Shown here: piece by piece, positions 12,691 to 26,434 of the stretch | Layout of the letters: the number at the start of each line of letters is the position of its first letter | Position numbering within the stretch: position 1 is the first letter of the stretch | Assembly: GCA_964016885.1 (NCBI GenBank) | Contig: OZ024746.1 | Coordinates: 97,464,001-97,528,000 of the forward strand | Origin: Eledone cirrhosa | Lineage: Eukaryota | Length of the DNA stretch: 64,000 nucleotides | Direction: 5' to 3' | Translations under genes and position numbers: made by a program | Notes under the pieces: generated by a model | Databases searched by the model: none | What the model was told of the DNA's origin: nothing | The model's input: only the letters and a program-made list of their open reading frames with translations

Positions 12691-12944
12691 AATTATAAAG
12701 CTCTTAAAAAAATTAGTTTTGTATGAATAAACAGGAGCAGTTTCAGATGAGATGGTATCAAAAGGGTTAATCAACTCCAATAAAATAAATGTAACTGTCA
12801 TTTTAAGTGTTGCTGATGTAGGAGGAGATTAAATACATTAAATGAAGCTGTAAAGGTAATCTGGATAATCATTGTTTTAATCCTTTTAATTCTAAACTGC
12901 CTCTGCTTCCATGATATAAAGCTGTTTATTTTAAAGTGCTTATA

Positions 12945-13690
12945 TTCATCGTTTTACCTCCATTCTTCCATGCTAGCATAGATAGATGAGTTGTCCTGTT
13001 GTGGGTCATGCTAGGTCAGGTGACCATACCTTGCTTATACAGAACTGATTTGGGTTAGGTTTCTACAGCTGGATGCCCTTCCTAACACCAACCTCATTTA
13101 CAGTGAGTACTGAATGCTTTTAGTTGTGACACCTACCTAACCACTTTACACTGTGGACAGGGTGTTTTTTGTCGTGACACCTACACAACCACATTACAGT
13201 GTGGGCTGGGTGCTTTTTGCCATGTCACTATCACAACCACTTTACAGTGTGGGCTGGACGTTTGTGTCATGACACCTATATGACCACTTTACAGTGTGGG
13301 CTGGAATTTTTTGTGATACCAACACAACTTTACAGAGTAAGGGTGGAGTGGGCAGAAGTGGGAGGGTGATGTAGGGGTGTGGGAGTATGGAAGGGGGTAT
13401 ATTGGATTAAGAAGTGCCTACTGCGTGTATGTTTGAGTCCATGCACAAGGGAAGGTGGATCTTCTGTATTATTGCATAATGCCAAAGATCTCAGTCCTGT
13501 ATATTGTCTTTGAGAGGTGCAAGTGTGCAAGGTCACTTTTATCACCTCGTCCCAGGTCTTCCTGGGTCTTCCAACTCCATAGCTTCCATCAATTTTGATT
13601 GCCCTGCACCTTCTTATACAGCTACCATCCTTCATACACATCACTTGACCATACCAATGCAGTCTCCTCTCTAGTATACTGCATCTCATC
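12945..13690 (-). mobile_element. RTE 3' fragment plus tail with degenerate 48-bp units
   Basis: ORF 13330-13689 (LERRLHWYGQVMCMKD..GRPRKTW); 48-bp units at ~13100-13335. Confidence 0.85.
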
Positions 13691-13710
13691 TAAAACTTTT
13701 CCTTTCACTA

Positions 13711-14418
13711 TCTATATATCTAAAACAGAGAATGTCTGTCTGTCTGACTCCCTAAAACTCGAGAACCACCCAACCGATTCTTTTCAAACTTTACACATGT
13801 AATACTTATGGTCCTGTGAGTGTTTTGAGCAAAACATATTTCAAATTTTCAATGCCCTAGGGACCGCATTAGGTGCCAGTTAGCGATCTCTGTCTTTCTT
13901 AGTATGTCTTTTTAGATAGATACATAGATATAACGGCGCGCCCTTATAATATCTGTCTGTATGTCTGGCTGTCTGCATTACGACATTATGACAAATATTG
14001 TTCTCATTGCTGACGTATTATCTTTGCTATTTTCTGTTCATTGCCAGGGAACATCTTCACAAACCAAAGTATCGTCTTCCTGTTTTCTTTCGTTTGCAAC
14101 GTTTTTCAAAATATTTAGTTCTGCTTTCACAGGTTGATTTTTTTAGTTTCAGAAGATCCCATTAAGGGTAAAAGCAGCGATTCTTTGCTTAAACTTTAAT
14201 CTGTTATTTTAATATATATATGATTATATAATCGTGTACAGATATTTTTGCATACACAAAAACAAAATATAAACAAACATTTATTTCATGAAAGCACAAA
14301 ATGTAGACACCATCCTGAGGCCGAGGTATTCTGTACTTCTCTTTACTATTTCAGAAAGAAGGGATAAACATGCCAATCTATGTTTAGAATCCCGAGCAAC
14401 GCCGGGCCATTCTGCTAA
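13711..14418 (+). mobile_element. Non-autonomous Helitron, copy 2
   Basis: 5' TC; 3' hairpin cccgagcaacgccggg then CTAA; aligns with 4951-5583. Confidence 0.8.
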
Positions 14419-14858
14419 TTTTATGTAAAAACCTAGTTTAGTTATTTATATTCCAAAAACCAGCTTAATAATGAGACATTTAGTTGTATTACTAAAATGC
14501 TAAATTCTCGGGCACTGTTGAGAACTCAGGGATACTTGGATCTCCTCTGCAAGATCAGATCATCGGCGGCCCATCTGAGGAAGGAGCCCTGTGAGGTGGG
14601 GTAGCTGCTGCAGCGTGTGCCACTGGCTATTCTCCGTGGGAATGCTTTTGCGGTCTTGTCCGCGGGGCTCAGCCCCATTACCACCGTGCCCTAGGCCCAG
14701 AGAAAATTACCCTCTGTCTCCTCCCTCCCCATTCTTCTGTGACACTAGAGTTCTTGTTATTCATTCACCTTTCTGTTTTTTTATTCTTTTTTATATTTTC
14801 TTATTTTACATTCCATTCTTTTTTCTCAATCTAAATTTTCGTTTTTTTCTTTTTCTTT

Positions 14859-15222
14859 TACCGTATTTCCCGGCGTTGAAAATGCTACTCATTTCCTAAA
14901 ATAAGTCTCAAAAATCTACCATGCGTCCTGGAGGCCGAAGGTTGTTCATTATTTTTAGGTGGATTGGTAGTGTCTGTAGAGGGTCGGACGCCATGCTTTC
15001 CAGCATAGTTACGTCCCTTTACGATCTGAGTTCAAATCCCGCCGAGGTTGACTTTGCCTTCCATCCTTACGGGGTCGATAAAATAAAGTACCAGTCACAC
15101 ACTGAGTAATTGCTGGCCTTGTGCCTAATGTAGAAACAATTATTTTTATTCAAATTTTGGGTTGTTTAAAATTAGGGTGCATCCTCAAGGATGAAGTGTC
15201 TTCGGCACCAGGAAATATTGTA
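14859..15222. mobile_element. Tc1/pogo-like MITE interrupted by a Nin-type SINE
   Basis: Ends taccgtatttcccggcg / cggcaccaggaaatattgta; partial homolog at 12020-12156; SINE at ~14955-15145. Confidence 0.55.
14955..15145 (+). mobile_element. tRNA-derived SINE with Nin/Deu-like core (representative of roughly 18 copies or fragments)
   Basis: B-box gagttcaaatccc and core gcctt(t/c)catccttacggggtcgataaaataaagtacc; other copies near 23668, 29790, 36320, 36522, 40950, 48450, 48992, 49280, 57496-58075, 59459, 60142, 60695, 60899 and 61668. Confidence 0.85.
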
Positions 15223-15812
15223 AACTGTATTTACATGATATATTCCATTAATAAATATTTTCAAAATGATTTGAAAATCATCGGCAGTGTCTTTCATTAA
15301 AAATATGGTAATGAAAATGTTGCATTCATTCTATGATACCTTGTTTATTAAGTTGAAGATCAACAAATCTCACCATATCAAATCTTCCCATTGTTTTCCT
15401 ATTCTACTATTATAAATCTACACAATATGCTCACTACTTGAGCAACATATATAATCTGATATTCTCAATGCCTTACATTTTTCACTTGTCTCTAACCTAG
15501 ACAATTCATGTCCATGTAGCTTATTTTATGATAATTACTTTGGAAAAAGGTAATGGTGATGCCCCAGCATGGCCTCAGCCTGTCAGCTGAAACATGTAAC
15601 AGAGTAATATGGTAATATCACAACATACCAAAACAGTAAAATAATTAAATCACAAGATTCTTATATGAAATAAATATAAAAAAGAGAAAAAGGTAAATTC
15701 TTGTATATAGATATATGGTGTAAAGATATGTAAAATACTGTTTTAGTCAGAACTGTATTTTTATTTTTTTTATATTACCAATCATATTTTAATTAAAAAA
15801 ATCATATATTTA

Positions 15813-16188
15813 CAGAGTAGGCCAAAATTCACGACTCGCTTGTTAGTTATATTTTCCTATCTATCGTCACAAGATTAACAGTCTTGAACATCTTAAACAA
15901 GTTATTATCCAAGAATGTGAAGCAATTCCAGTAGACATGTGTCATAAAGCATGTGAAAATGTTTCAATAAGGTTGCAAGCATGTGTTGCAACTGAAAGAG
16001 GCCAGGTTGACCATGAAATGGAAAACCGATTTAACTAAACAGCGCATTAATTCAATGTGTACATTTGTGTGCTTACCTTATCATGTTCATGATCTTATGC
16101 CTGTATATATTCCTTAACTTGTTTTATAATATTTTGTGTTAATAGCTCTATAAATAATAAAGTGAGTCGTGAATTCTGGCCCACCCTG
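15813..16188 (+). mobile_element. Internally deleted Tc1/mariner-superfamily transposon
   Basis: ~29-bp TIRs (cagagtaggccaaaattcacgactcgctt / aagtgagtcgtgaattctggcccaccctg) flanked by TA; internal frame IYRHKINSLEHLKQVIIQECEAIP...RLQACVATERGQVDH resembles a transposase C-terminus. Confidence 0.8.
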
Positions 16189-16909
16189 TATATATATTGT
16201 TATATTTGGGGAAGGTTATGTTGTCCTAATATTGCCAGAAAAAAATGATAAAACACCTTCACTGTTTGGTTTGGTTTTCGCTTCAATATATTTTTATAAA
16301 TAATTTAGCTGGCAATCAATTTTTAATATTGATTGACTAACAGTTAAAAATATGTATATAAATATAATTTCTCAAAGTTTTTCATCACACATTTCTGTGG
16401 CATCTTCAGTGATTATCATTGCATTTCTATAACATGTTTTTTTTTGTTTTTTTTTTGCTGTCTCTGTGCACGTATTTGTATGAGTGTATTCTGTTTGGTG
16501 TGTGCTTGTGTGTTTCTGTCTGAGTCTGCATGCGTTTATGTGTTTATATTCTATCTTTGGTCACTAGTGCAACACAAATACATCGATATATAAGGTGTAA
16601 AAAACTTACCTCAACACTTAATTTTAAATATTTAATTTTTTGTTTTTAATTCTTATTAATTCTCTTTAATTGTAATACTCAACATTTGATAAGATGAATT
16701 TTACTAATACATCGAAACTGATTATACATTTTATACATTATAAAACTCTTTTTTAAAAGAATTGCCCCTCTCAATATTTCAATGTCACCTTGATGAATCA
16801 AAGAAAGGAAAGAAAAGAAAAACAGACCCTTAAATATATTTTCTGCGCTATTTCCAATCTCACCTTTTCTATATAACCACTGTTTTGTATAGAACCTTAC
16901 TTCCCTTTT

Positions 16910-16980
<71 letters not shown>

Positions 16981-18043
16981 AGTATTTCCAAATAAAAAGG
17001 AGTGCTCTATATATATAAAACAGAGCTATTTAATTAGAAAGTGAGCAGCACAATATATAACTACTTTATTACCAAAGGTTTCATGAAGACAGACTAGCTC
17101 GCGAGCTCTTATATCTTCGTGAAAAAAATTATATATATATATATTCTTTAGATGACTAAATATAGGCATTAACTGATTTGCTTTTTGTGCTGACCCTCAC
17201 CAATGAGATCCCTGGTGCCCCCAGTCTCCAGGCTGCTGTTTTCATCCTACAAATTTGCATTATGGTATCACACTTAAGGAAGGACCTCAGCAAAATTGAT
17301 TGATGGATGTAGCATGTGTCTCTGTCTGCAACAATGCTTTTGCTATATTCTTATTCTTCAGAGAACACAACTAAGATATACTCCTTAGCAAATGATGCAG
17401 AGCCTGCCCCCTGTTTCTCTCTATTTTATTTTTTTTCTATTTTCTTTATTTTTTTCTTTCTTTTGCCATTATGATATTGTAAACAAATTTTGAAAATATA
17501 ATTTGAATAATTGTTTTGTTTTACTTGTTCCAGAGTTATGTTCACTGAAAAACATACATATAATATTTAAAAGAAGACTTGTCTAACTTTGGTAACAATT
17601 TATTAACAATATCAATTACAATGTAAATACAACATTATACAAATGTCCATAAAACATGATAAATATATCAGTTATTTTTTGTGAGATTTTTGTTGTTTTT
17701 GTTGTAATTTTTATATTCTCATTCAGATATCTAATCATACAGCAAATATTCATACAATGAAAAGATTTATAAATATATGGATGACGCTCAAACACACACA
17801 TACATATATCTATTTTTCAATAAATCACTGAAGGATGTGTTTCTACATCGCCTCTCACCTTCCCCCCATCTCTGTCGTTCGCCACCCCCACCGATACTCC
17901 CCCACTCTCCATATTCGTGTCTGCATGTGCGCATGCACATACATGTTGGTACATATACATATAGCTGTGTGTGAGCGTATGCCGATATGTGTGGGCAAGG
18001 ATGTGCGTATGTGTCTTATGTTGTGCGTGTAAAAAAACCTCAC

Positions 18044-18047
<4 letters not shown>

Positions 18048-18075
<28 letters not shown>

Positions 18076-18101
18076 GCATACATACAGACACGCATATATA
18101 T

Positions 18102-18174
<73 letters not shown>

Positions 18175-18431
18175 CATATATATATATACATATATACATA
18201 TATATATACATATATATACATATATATATACATATATATACATATATATATATATATACTTATATATACATATATATATATATATACATATATGTATATA
18301 CATATATATACATATATATATATATATACATATATATATACATACATATATATATACATACATATATATATACATATATATATATACATATATATATATA
18401 TACATATATATATACATATATATATATATAC

Positions 18432-18484
<53 letters not shown>

Positions 18485-18584
18485 TGTATATATATGTATA
18501 TATATATATATATGTATATATATATGTATATATATATATATATGTATATATATGTATATATATATATATATGTATATATATATG

Positions 18585-18621
<37 letters not shown>

Positions 18622-18704
18622 GTATATATATATGTATATATATATGTATATATATATGTATATATATATGTATATATATATGTATATATGTATATATATA
18701 TATG

Positions 18705-18735
<31 letters not shown>

Positions 18736-18782
18736 GTATATATATATGTATATACATATATATATATATGTATATATATATG

Positions 18783-18842
<60 letters not shown>

Positions 18843-18869
18843 TATACATATATATATATATACATATAT

Positions 18870-18919
<50 letters not shown>

Positions 18920-18957
18920 CATATATATATACATATATATATACATACATATATATA

Positions 18958-19010
<53 letters not shown>
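18048..19010. repeat. ~1-kb interrupted (TA)n microsatellite
   Basis: TA dinucleotide with CA/TG interruptions. Confidence 0.97.
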
Positions 19011-19013
<3 letters not shown>

Positions 19014-19197
19014 ATTTTGACTAAAGAAACTAAATAAATTATTTACCCTGATAGTGGGGTTAAATAATTTATTTAATTTCTTGAGTCAAAATACGACGAT
19101 ATCTTACATTTCTAATAATTTCAAACCCACTCGTTGGTTTGAAAATATTCTTACTTGATATATATATATATATATGGTTTGAAAATATTCTTACTTG

Positions 19198-19230
<33 letters not shown>

Positions 19231-19382
19231 TACATGAGTGTGTATGATTGTGTATAGGAAATTATATTAATAAAAAGAATACCAACTTTATCTGGTTTAC
19301 TCGTTTTATTTACAATCCTTTAAAATTTATAATGGTATTAGAATGAAATAGTATGGTAGAATATTAAATGTTAAGAGTTAAT

Positions 19383-19421
19383 TGAACAAGTACTTTCATG
19401 CTTTCGCAATCTTCAGGTTCA
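19383..19421 (-). ncRNA. Minimal type-I hammerhead ribozyme
   Basis: tgaac-CTGAAGA-ttgcgaaagcat-GAAA-gtac-TT-gttca: 5-bp stem I, GAAA-capped stem II, palindromic AGTACT stem III. Confidence 0.85.
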
Positions 19422-19480
19422 TAATGTGTGGTGACAGTCAAGTTTGCAATTTTCAACTGTTTGACTGTCACCACACAAGG

Positions 19481-19519
19481 TGAACCTGAAGATTGCGAAA
19501 CCATGAAAGTACTTGTTCA
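19481..19519 (+). ncRNA. Minimal type-I hammerhead ribozyme (inverted twin)
   Basis: tgaac-CTGAAGA-ttgcgaaaccat-GAAA-gtac-TT-gttca; one stem II mismatch. Confidence 0.75.
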
Positions 19520-19634
19520 ATTAACGCTTAACATTTAATATTCTACCATACTATTTCATTCTAATACCATTATAAATTTTAAAGGATTGTAAATAAAACG
19601 AGTAAACCAGACAAAGTTGGAATTCCTTTTATAC

Positions 19635-19689
<55 letters not shown>

Positions 19690-19720
19690 CATATATATAT
19701 ATACATATATATATATATAT

Positions 19721-20075
19721 GTAGGCACATGGCTTAGTGGTTAGAGTATTGGCCTTGCAATCGAAAGGTTGTGAGTTCAATTCTCAGAACGGGTGATGTG
19801 TTGTTTCCTTGAGCAAGACATTTTATTTCACATTGCTCTAGTTTACTCAGCTGTAGAAATGGCTGTGATAGGACTGGGGTCCCTATCATTTCACTGCAAA
19901 GTGGTCGTGGAGGTGCCACGGCAAAAAAAGAATCCAGCCCACACTGTAAAGTGGGCGTATAGGCGCCACGGAAAAAAAGCACCCAGCACTCCCTGTAAAT
20001 GAGGTTGGTGTTAGGAAGGGCATCGAGCTGTAGAAATCAAGCCAGAATCAGTTCCCGTCCCACCCTTGCAAGCAG
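19721..20075 (+). mobile_element. tRNA-derived SINE with intact head, Meta/V-like core and RTE-like tail
   Basis: A-box tggcttagtgg (19730-19740), B-box gagttcaattc, core ccttgagcaagaca...ctcagctgtagaaatgg. Confidence 0.85.
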
Positions 20076-20101
20076 GGTTAAAATTTATAAAACAAACTTT
20101 G

Positions 20102-20160
20102 TATGTTATCTGATGAAAGCATACCAAAGTTTTGGTACCCTTGAAATATATAGAATAAAT
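20102..20160 (+). ncRNA. Hammerhead motif with degenerate stem I
   Basis: CTGATGA at 20110, stem II containing taccaaa/tttggta, GAAA-tata-TA, then AATAAA. Confidence 0.6.
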
Positions 20161-20199
20161 ATGGTTTTATAAATATAGTTTCCATTTATTAAATATCAT

Positions 20200-20606
<407 letters not shown>

Positions 20607-21009
20607 CTAGTTGATAAGCTCACTCTGCTCTCTTCCAGCTAGAACCTGTGGAGGAAGTTTTATTGTTTGATTTTTCACCTTTTACAATCAAGTAAATGAA
20701 ATAATTTGCCAATACTTAATATAAACGGAATAGACATTGTGATATAGATAACTTGAATAAAGAATCACAATTGTGAGGTTGATGATGTAATATCTTTCTG
20801 TCTCCTGTCCTCTTTCTTTTCTGACAACAACAACAATAATAATAATAATAATAATAATGATTTCTTTATTTAATAATAATAATAATAATAATAAATAGTA
20901 ATAACTGTAATAATAATAGTAATCATAATAATAATGCTAATATTAATAATAATAATAATAAATATATATATGTATAAAAAACAATACAATATTTGCTTAA
21001 TTTATACAA

Positions 21010-21522
21010 TTTATACATACTACATAAATGTATACATACTACATAAATGTATACATACTATATAAATGTATACATACTATATAAATGTATACATACTATA
21101 TAAATGTATACATACTATATAAATGTATACATACTATATAAATGTATACATACTACATAAATGTATACATGCTACATAAATGTATACATACTATATAAAT
21201 GTATACATACTATATAAATGTATACATACTATATAAATGTATACATACTATATAAATGTATACATACTATATAAATGTATACATACTACATAAATGTATA
21301 CATACTACATAAATGTATACATACTATATAAATGTATACATAATATATAAATGTATACATACTATATAAATGTATACATACTACATAAATGTATACATAC
21401 TACATAAATGTATACATACTACATAAATGTATACATACTATATAAATGTATACATACTATATAAATGTATACATACTATATAAATGTATACATAATATAT
21501 AAATGTATACATACTACATAAA
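21010..21522. repeat. 19-bp minisatellite (gtatacatactatataaat), ~27 copies
   Basis: Regular units with C/T variants. Confidence 0.93.
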
Positions 21523-21600
21523 ATGTGAGTGAAACAAATATTTCAAGCTTGCCACAGGTTCTAGCTAAAAGCAAGCAAAGTGCTTGTCAGCCAGTATTGT

Positions 21601-21687
<87 letters not shown>

Positions 21688-21718
21688 GCAGAAATACGAT
21701 TCTCGCTAATTTATATTT

Positions 21719-21750
<32 letters not shown>

Positions 21751-22015
21751 TTCGTTTCTGAATTTGTTTAGCAAGATTCTTTATCTGAAATCGTGTGTTG
21801 AAACCGATATTGTTATACTTTGGGAGGGTCATGTTGCCAATAAGAAACACACGCACCAGTTGCTTTCACTTCAATTTATTATATATTTATAAATTTCTCA
21901 GAAATTTATAAGTTTGTAAATTTGTAAATTTATAAATTTATAAATATATAATAAATTGAAGTGAAAGCAACTGGTGCGTGTGTTTCTTATTGGCAACATG
22001 ACCCTCCCAAAGTAT

Positions 22016-22049
<34 letters not shown>

Positions 22050-22375
22050 CGGCGATGAATTAGTTTAGCGAGGTTTTTTATATGAAATCGTGTGTCGAAA
22101 CAAATATTGTTATACTTGGGGAGGGTCATATTTGCGTAATATTGCCAGAATTAATAACAGAACACACTCACTCTTTGGTTGGTTTTCGCTTCACGCTGTC
22201 TTTTATATCTGCGATCTAACTTGCTCGGTCAGTCAATGGCAACATTGAGGACCGAGCAAGTTAGATCGCAGATATAAAAGACAGCGTGAAGCGAAAACCA
22301 ACCAAACAGTGAGTGTGTTCTGTTATTAATTCTGGCAATATTACGCAAATATGACCCTCCCCAAGTATAACAATA
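21751..22375. mobile_element. Two adjacent fold-back cassettes of the 'tattgttatactt..ggagggtcat' family
   Basis: Arms ~21808-21896/21933-22022 and ~22104-22230/22250-22375, each with an unpaired ~55-bp tail; relatives at 16194, 25645 and 30481-30830. Confidence 0.8.
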
Positions 22376-22376
22376 T

Positions 22377-22410
<34 letters not shown>

Positions 22411-22490
22411 ATATATATATATATACATACATATATATATATACATACATATATATATATACATATATATATATACATATATATATATAC

Positions 22491-22535
<45 letters not shown>

Positions 22536-22542
22536 TATATAC

Positions 22543-22591
<49 letters not shown>

Positions 22592-22618
22592 CATATATAT
22601 ATACATACATATATATAC

Positions 22619-22651
<33 letters not shown>

Positions 22652-22663
22652 CATGTATATATA

Positions 22664-22729
<66 letters not shown>

Positions 22730-22785
22730 CATGTGTTTATGTATGTATATATATATATATATGTATTTATATATATGTGTGTGTG

Positions 22786-22825
<40 letters not shown>

Positions 22826-23376
22826 GTGTCCTCCTGCTTTCTCTCTTCAAATTGTTCACAATGACCTCATAGACTAGAGACAGAGAGAGCAAGCGAGAGA
22901 CATAGACAGAAAGAGAGAGAAGAGATATGTGGGGGAAGGTGAGAGGAAGTAGTATGAACAGACACAGAGACATTGTGTTTTATATATATATATAATCATC
23001 ACATATTCGTAAAATATTAATTTGCCATATCGGCACGAGACCATTAATTTGTAAAGTGGGTGTTATTGTTAATAAGGTCAACCCAAGGATATAACTGGTT
23101 CTTATTGTATAAATTCTAAAGAAAATAGATAATAAACTAAACATCAACAATAAAATGAAGTTAAAATATACTGAAACACAACTAAATACTGGAAGGCATT
23201 TCATTGGAAATTCTACAATAAAATCTTGGTATACATATATATATATGTTTATCAAATTTTGCAGGTGTATATGTAAAGATATACAGATACAAATAAGTTC
23301 AAATGTATTGAGATAGTTGGGATAATTTCGACTCATTGAAAAAAAAATTGAATGGAAATTTATATTTTTTGTGCTG

Positions 23377-23408
<32 letters not shown>

Positions 23409-23446
23409 CAGCACAAAAAATATAAATTTATATATATATATATATA

Positions 23447-23640
23447 TATGAAAATATTTAACCTCGACGGCAGAACTCAAGCCGTTTCGACGGCTATTTC
23501 TGGACTGAAATAGCCGTCGAAACGGCTTGAGTTCTGCCGTCGAGGTTAAATATTTTCATATTACCCACTCTACTACCCTAAGTATTGACTACTCTGGTGC
23601 GTTATGGTCCATCTGGTTCCTTACCACATTTCCTTTGTTA
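23447..23640. mobile_element. Fold-back cassette with perfect ~54-bp arms, 6-nt loop and tail
   Basis: tatgaaaatatttaacctcgacggcag...ctatttc TGGACT gaaatag...ttttcata; the tail matches 54588-54660 in reverse orientation. Confidence 0.8.
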
Positions 23641-23798
23641 TATTATTTATATATATATATATATACACAAATCCCGCCGAGGTTAACTTTGCCTTTCATC
23701 CTTACGGGGTCGATAAAATAAAGTACCAGTTATGCACTGGGGTAATTTCTGGCTTTGTGCCAAAAAGTAGAAACAATTATTTATATATATATACATAG

Positions 23799-23846
<48 letters not shown>

Positions 23847-23933
23847 GATAATATATATGTACATATGTATAATATATATACATATATATAGATAATATAT
23901 AGGTATACACACACACACATATATATATATATA

Positions 23934-24455
23934 GTGTCTAGAATAAGGACGGGTTGGAAGAAGTTTAGGGAGCTGCTTCCTTTGTTGACGAAGAAGGGTT
24001 TCTCCCTGCGTACGAAAGGACGGTTATATGATGCCTGTGTGAGATGCGCGATGCTGCACGATGGTGAGACACTGAGGATATGCGACGGCTGGAGAGAAAT
24101 GAAGCAAGTATGCTCCATTGGATGTGCAATGTCAATGTGCGTGATTGACCAAGCATAGACGAGTTGAGAAAGAAACTGGGTATAAGAGGGATAATTTGTG
24201 GTGTGCAGGAGAGAAGACTGAGAAGGTATGCGCATGGAGGATGACCATTGGGTAAAGAAGTGCCAAGAAATCCCAGTAGAAAGAAGACGCAGTAGAGGTA
24301 GACCACGTAAAATATGGGCGGAGGTGGTGAGAGCAGACCTCAGATTGCTGAAGCTCACGGAGGAGATGACGAAGGACCGTGACAAGTGGAGAGATGCTGT
24401 GCTGAACAGGACCCGTCCAACCCTTGCAAGCAGGGAAAAGCGGACGTCAAATGAC

Positions 24456-24492
<37 letters not shown>
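23934..24492 (+). mobile_element. 5'-truncated RTE LINE, second subfamily
   Basis: SRIRTGWKKFRELLPLL..KGRLYDACVR, GRPRKIWAEVV..DRDKWR, (GAT)n tail. Confidence 0.9.
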
Positions 24493-24494
<2 letters not shown>

Positions 24495-24562
24495 ATATGT
24501 ATATATATATATATATGTATATATGTATAATATATATACATATATATATAGATAATATGTAG

Positions 24563-24621
<59 letters not shown>

Positions 24622-24851
24622 ATTATGTTTTAACCATTGTTCGTATTTTTTGATTTTGTGTGCCATCAATTGTATCTGCATCTTGTGAGATCTCCTTGGG
24701 CCCTAGCATTTAGCTGTGGTGCTTAACAACCCCAGCATGTACCCTCTCCTTGTTCGCCATCTCCTATCTCCCTATCATTGCCTTTTATTGTATTCTGATT
24801 GTTCGTGTGACTAGGCTTGGTGGAGCTTATACTCAGCACTGTGTTTATTAA

Positions 24852-24895
24852 CCTCTGATGATCCCTACCCAACGGTATGGATGAAACATTGTAAG
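24852..24895 (+). ncRNA. Hammerhead motif with weak stem I
   Basis: CTGATGA-tccctacccaacggtatggat-GAAA-cattg-TA, followed by AATAAA. Confidence 0.55.
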
Positions 24896-25050
24896 CAAAT
24901 AAAAACTGTTTGAGTATGTAAGCGTTCTTTGGTTTCTTTTACATATAACGGCTCTGTTATTGTACATTGAGCTAATACAATACCGTCAAAATATAATACG
25001 GTGCATGTGTGTTTATACGCATGCACTCCGTGCTATACGTAAGTAAATAA

Positions 25051-25090
<40 letters not shown>

Positions 25091-26434
25091 TCATTTCACT
25101 TATTTCTTTCATAGCTTTAGTATTTTCTTGATTATTAATTTAGTTTTATGTTATCTTGTAAAAACTAAACATCCTGATGCCATGGCATAACTTCATTTTA
25201 GAGGATAGTTTGCGAGTATAAGGTCAAGGGTATATGGGAGAGGGTGAAGCACAGCCTATTATTCAATGGGGTCACAGTTGCTACAGATGATAGCTTTGGC
25301 TTTATTATATAGAAACTACATAATATGACAGTTGCAGCTTAACATCTTCTACATTAGATGGCTATTAAGGTCTGGTTATGTAAGCCGAGTTTTGGAGATT
25401 AGGTGGTCCACATATGATTTAACGAATTTAGAGGGGTTGTACTGCATCCATACCAGGTGATACCCAATTGAGATGAATTGGCCCCTCATTAAAAGATCCC
25501 TGGTAGCTAGTTGCTTTTTTCCCATTTGAGCCTATTGCTGATGGTATGTTATATACTGAAAAGAGCAACTGATAATAAATTTTAGCTCACATTTGGTTTA
25601 ACAAGAAAAATAATGCTTATGAAAGCAAATTAAATTGTCACAGATATTGTTATATTTGTGGAGGATCATGTTGCCCTAATATTGCCAAAACTTGGAAAAC
25701 ACACTCACTGTGCGCCAATATCCTTAAAATACACTGTATTTTCTAGCCAAGTTATAGGCTATCGTAGAATAAGTAGCCAGATAAATGTTTTTACAGAGGT
25801 AGTGAATAAACTTTTAAAACACATGGTAGGACAAGAATACAAAGATAAATTTCTAATACAGTGTTTTTGTAGGTGCCTTGGTGATAATAGGGAAATTTGG
25901 GGAAAATTTGGGGTTATTTCTGGTTTGCAGATGAAAGATGTAGGACTGTGAAATTTAACTTATTTGCCTTAAAGTAGAAGAAGCTTAATGTATTTAAGAT
26001 AGACCTCAAATTTTTTTAAAAGGGGGTTGGTTTTGGTTTGCTTTGAATTTAGATTAATTGATTCTTAATTATATTTATTTGTTTGTGATCTAAATAAATT
26101 TTGGTATATTTACCATGGGGTAATAATTTTTGTAAAATTAAAGGGTGTACAATTTTACATTGAAATTGTAGAACCTTAAACTGTATGTTATGATGACCTA
26201 TTCAGAATTTAGCTTTGTTTAGGGGTAATAAAGTGCTATAAACCTTTGTTGGTAATTGATTGACCATTACTTGACTGAAGACATCAGAAAATTAGTGATA
26301 AATTACTGATACTTTTACTTTGTCAGCAACAACTGGACAAAACAGATTGGTAAGCCTTGTTTGTTAACATTTTTTGCTGTTCCCTGATTATGTGGTTGAA
26401 TATTTTATGCTTGTATATTCTATGCTTATATATA

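Larger units (their letters stand above)
19271..19630. mobile_element. Fold-back cassette (~170-bp arms) with a hammerhead in each arm
   Basis: 19271-19441 is the reverse complement of 19461-19630 with few mismatches; flanked by TA-rich tracts. Confidence 0.85.

Noticed and set aside
19721-19795. tRNA gene
   Set aside because: A and B boxes are present but run directly into a SINE core and tail; no convincing cloverleaf.
22980-23480. 166-aa minus-strand ORF
   Set aside because: Stitched from a hairpin arm, TA tracts and AT-rich sequence; no convincing motifs.
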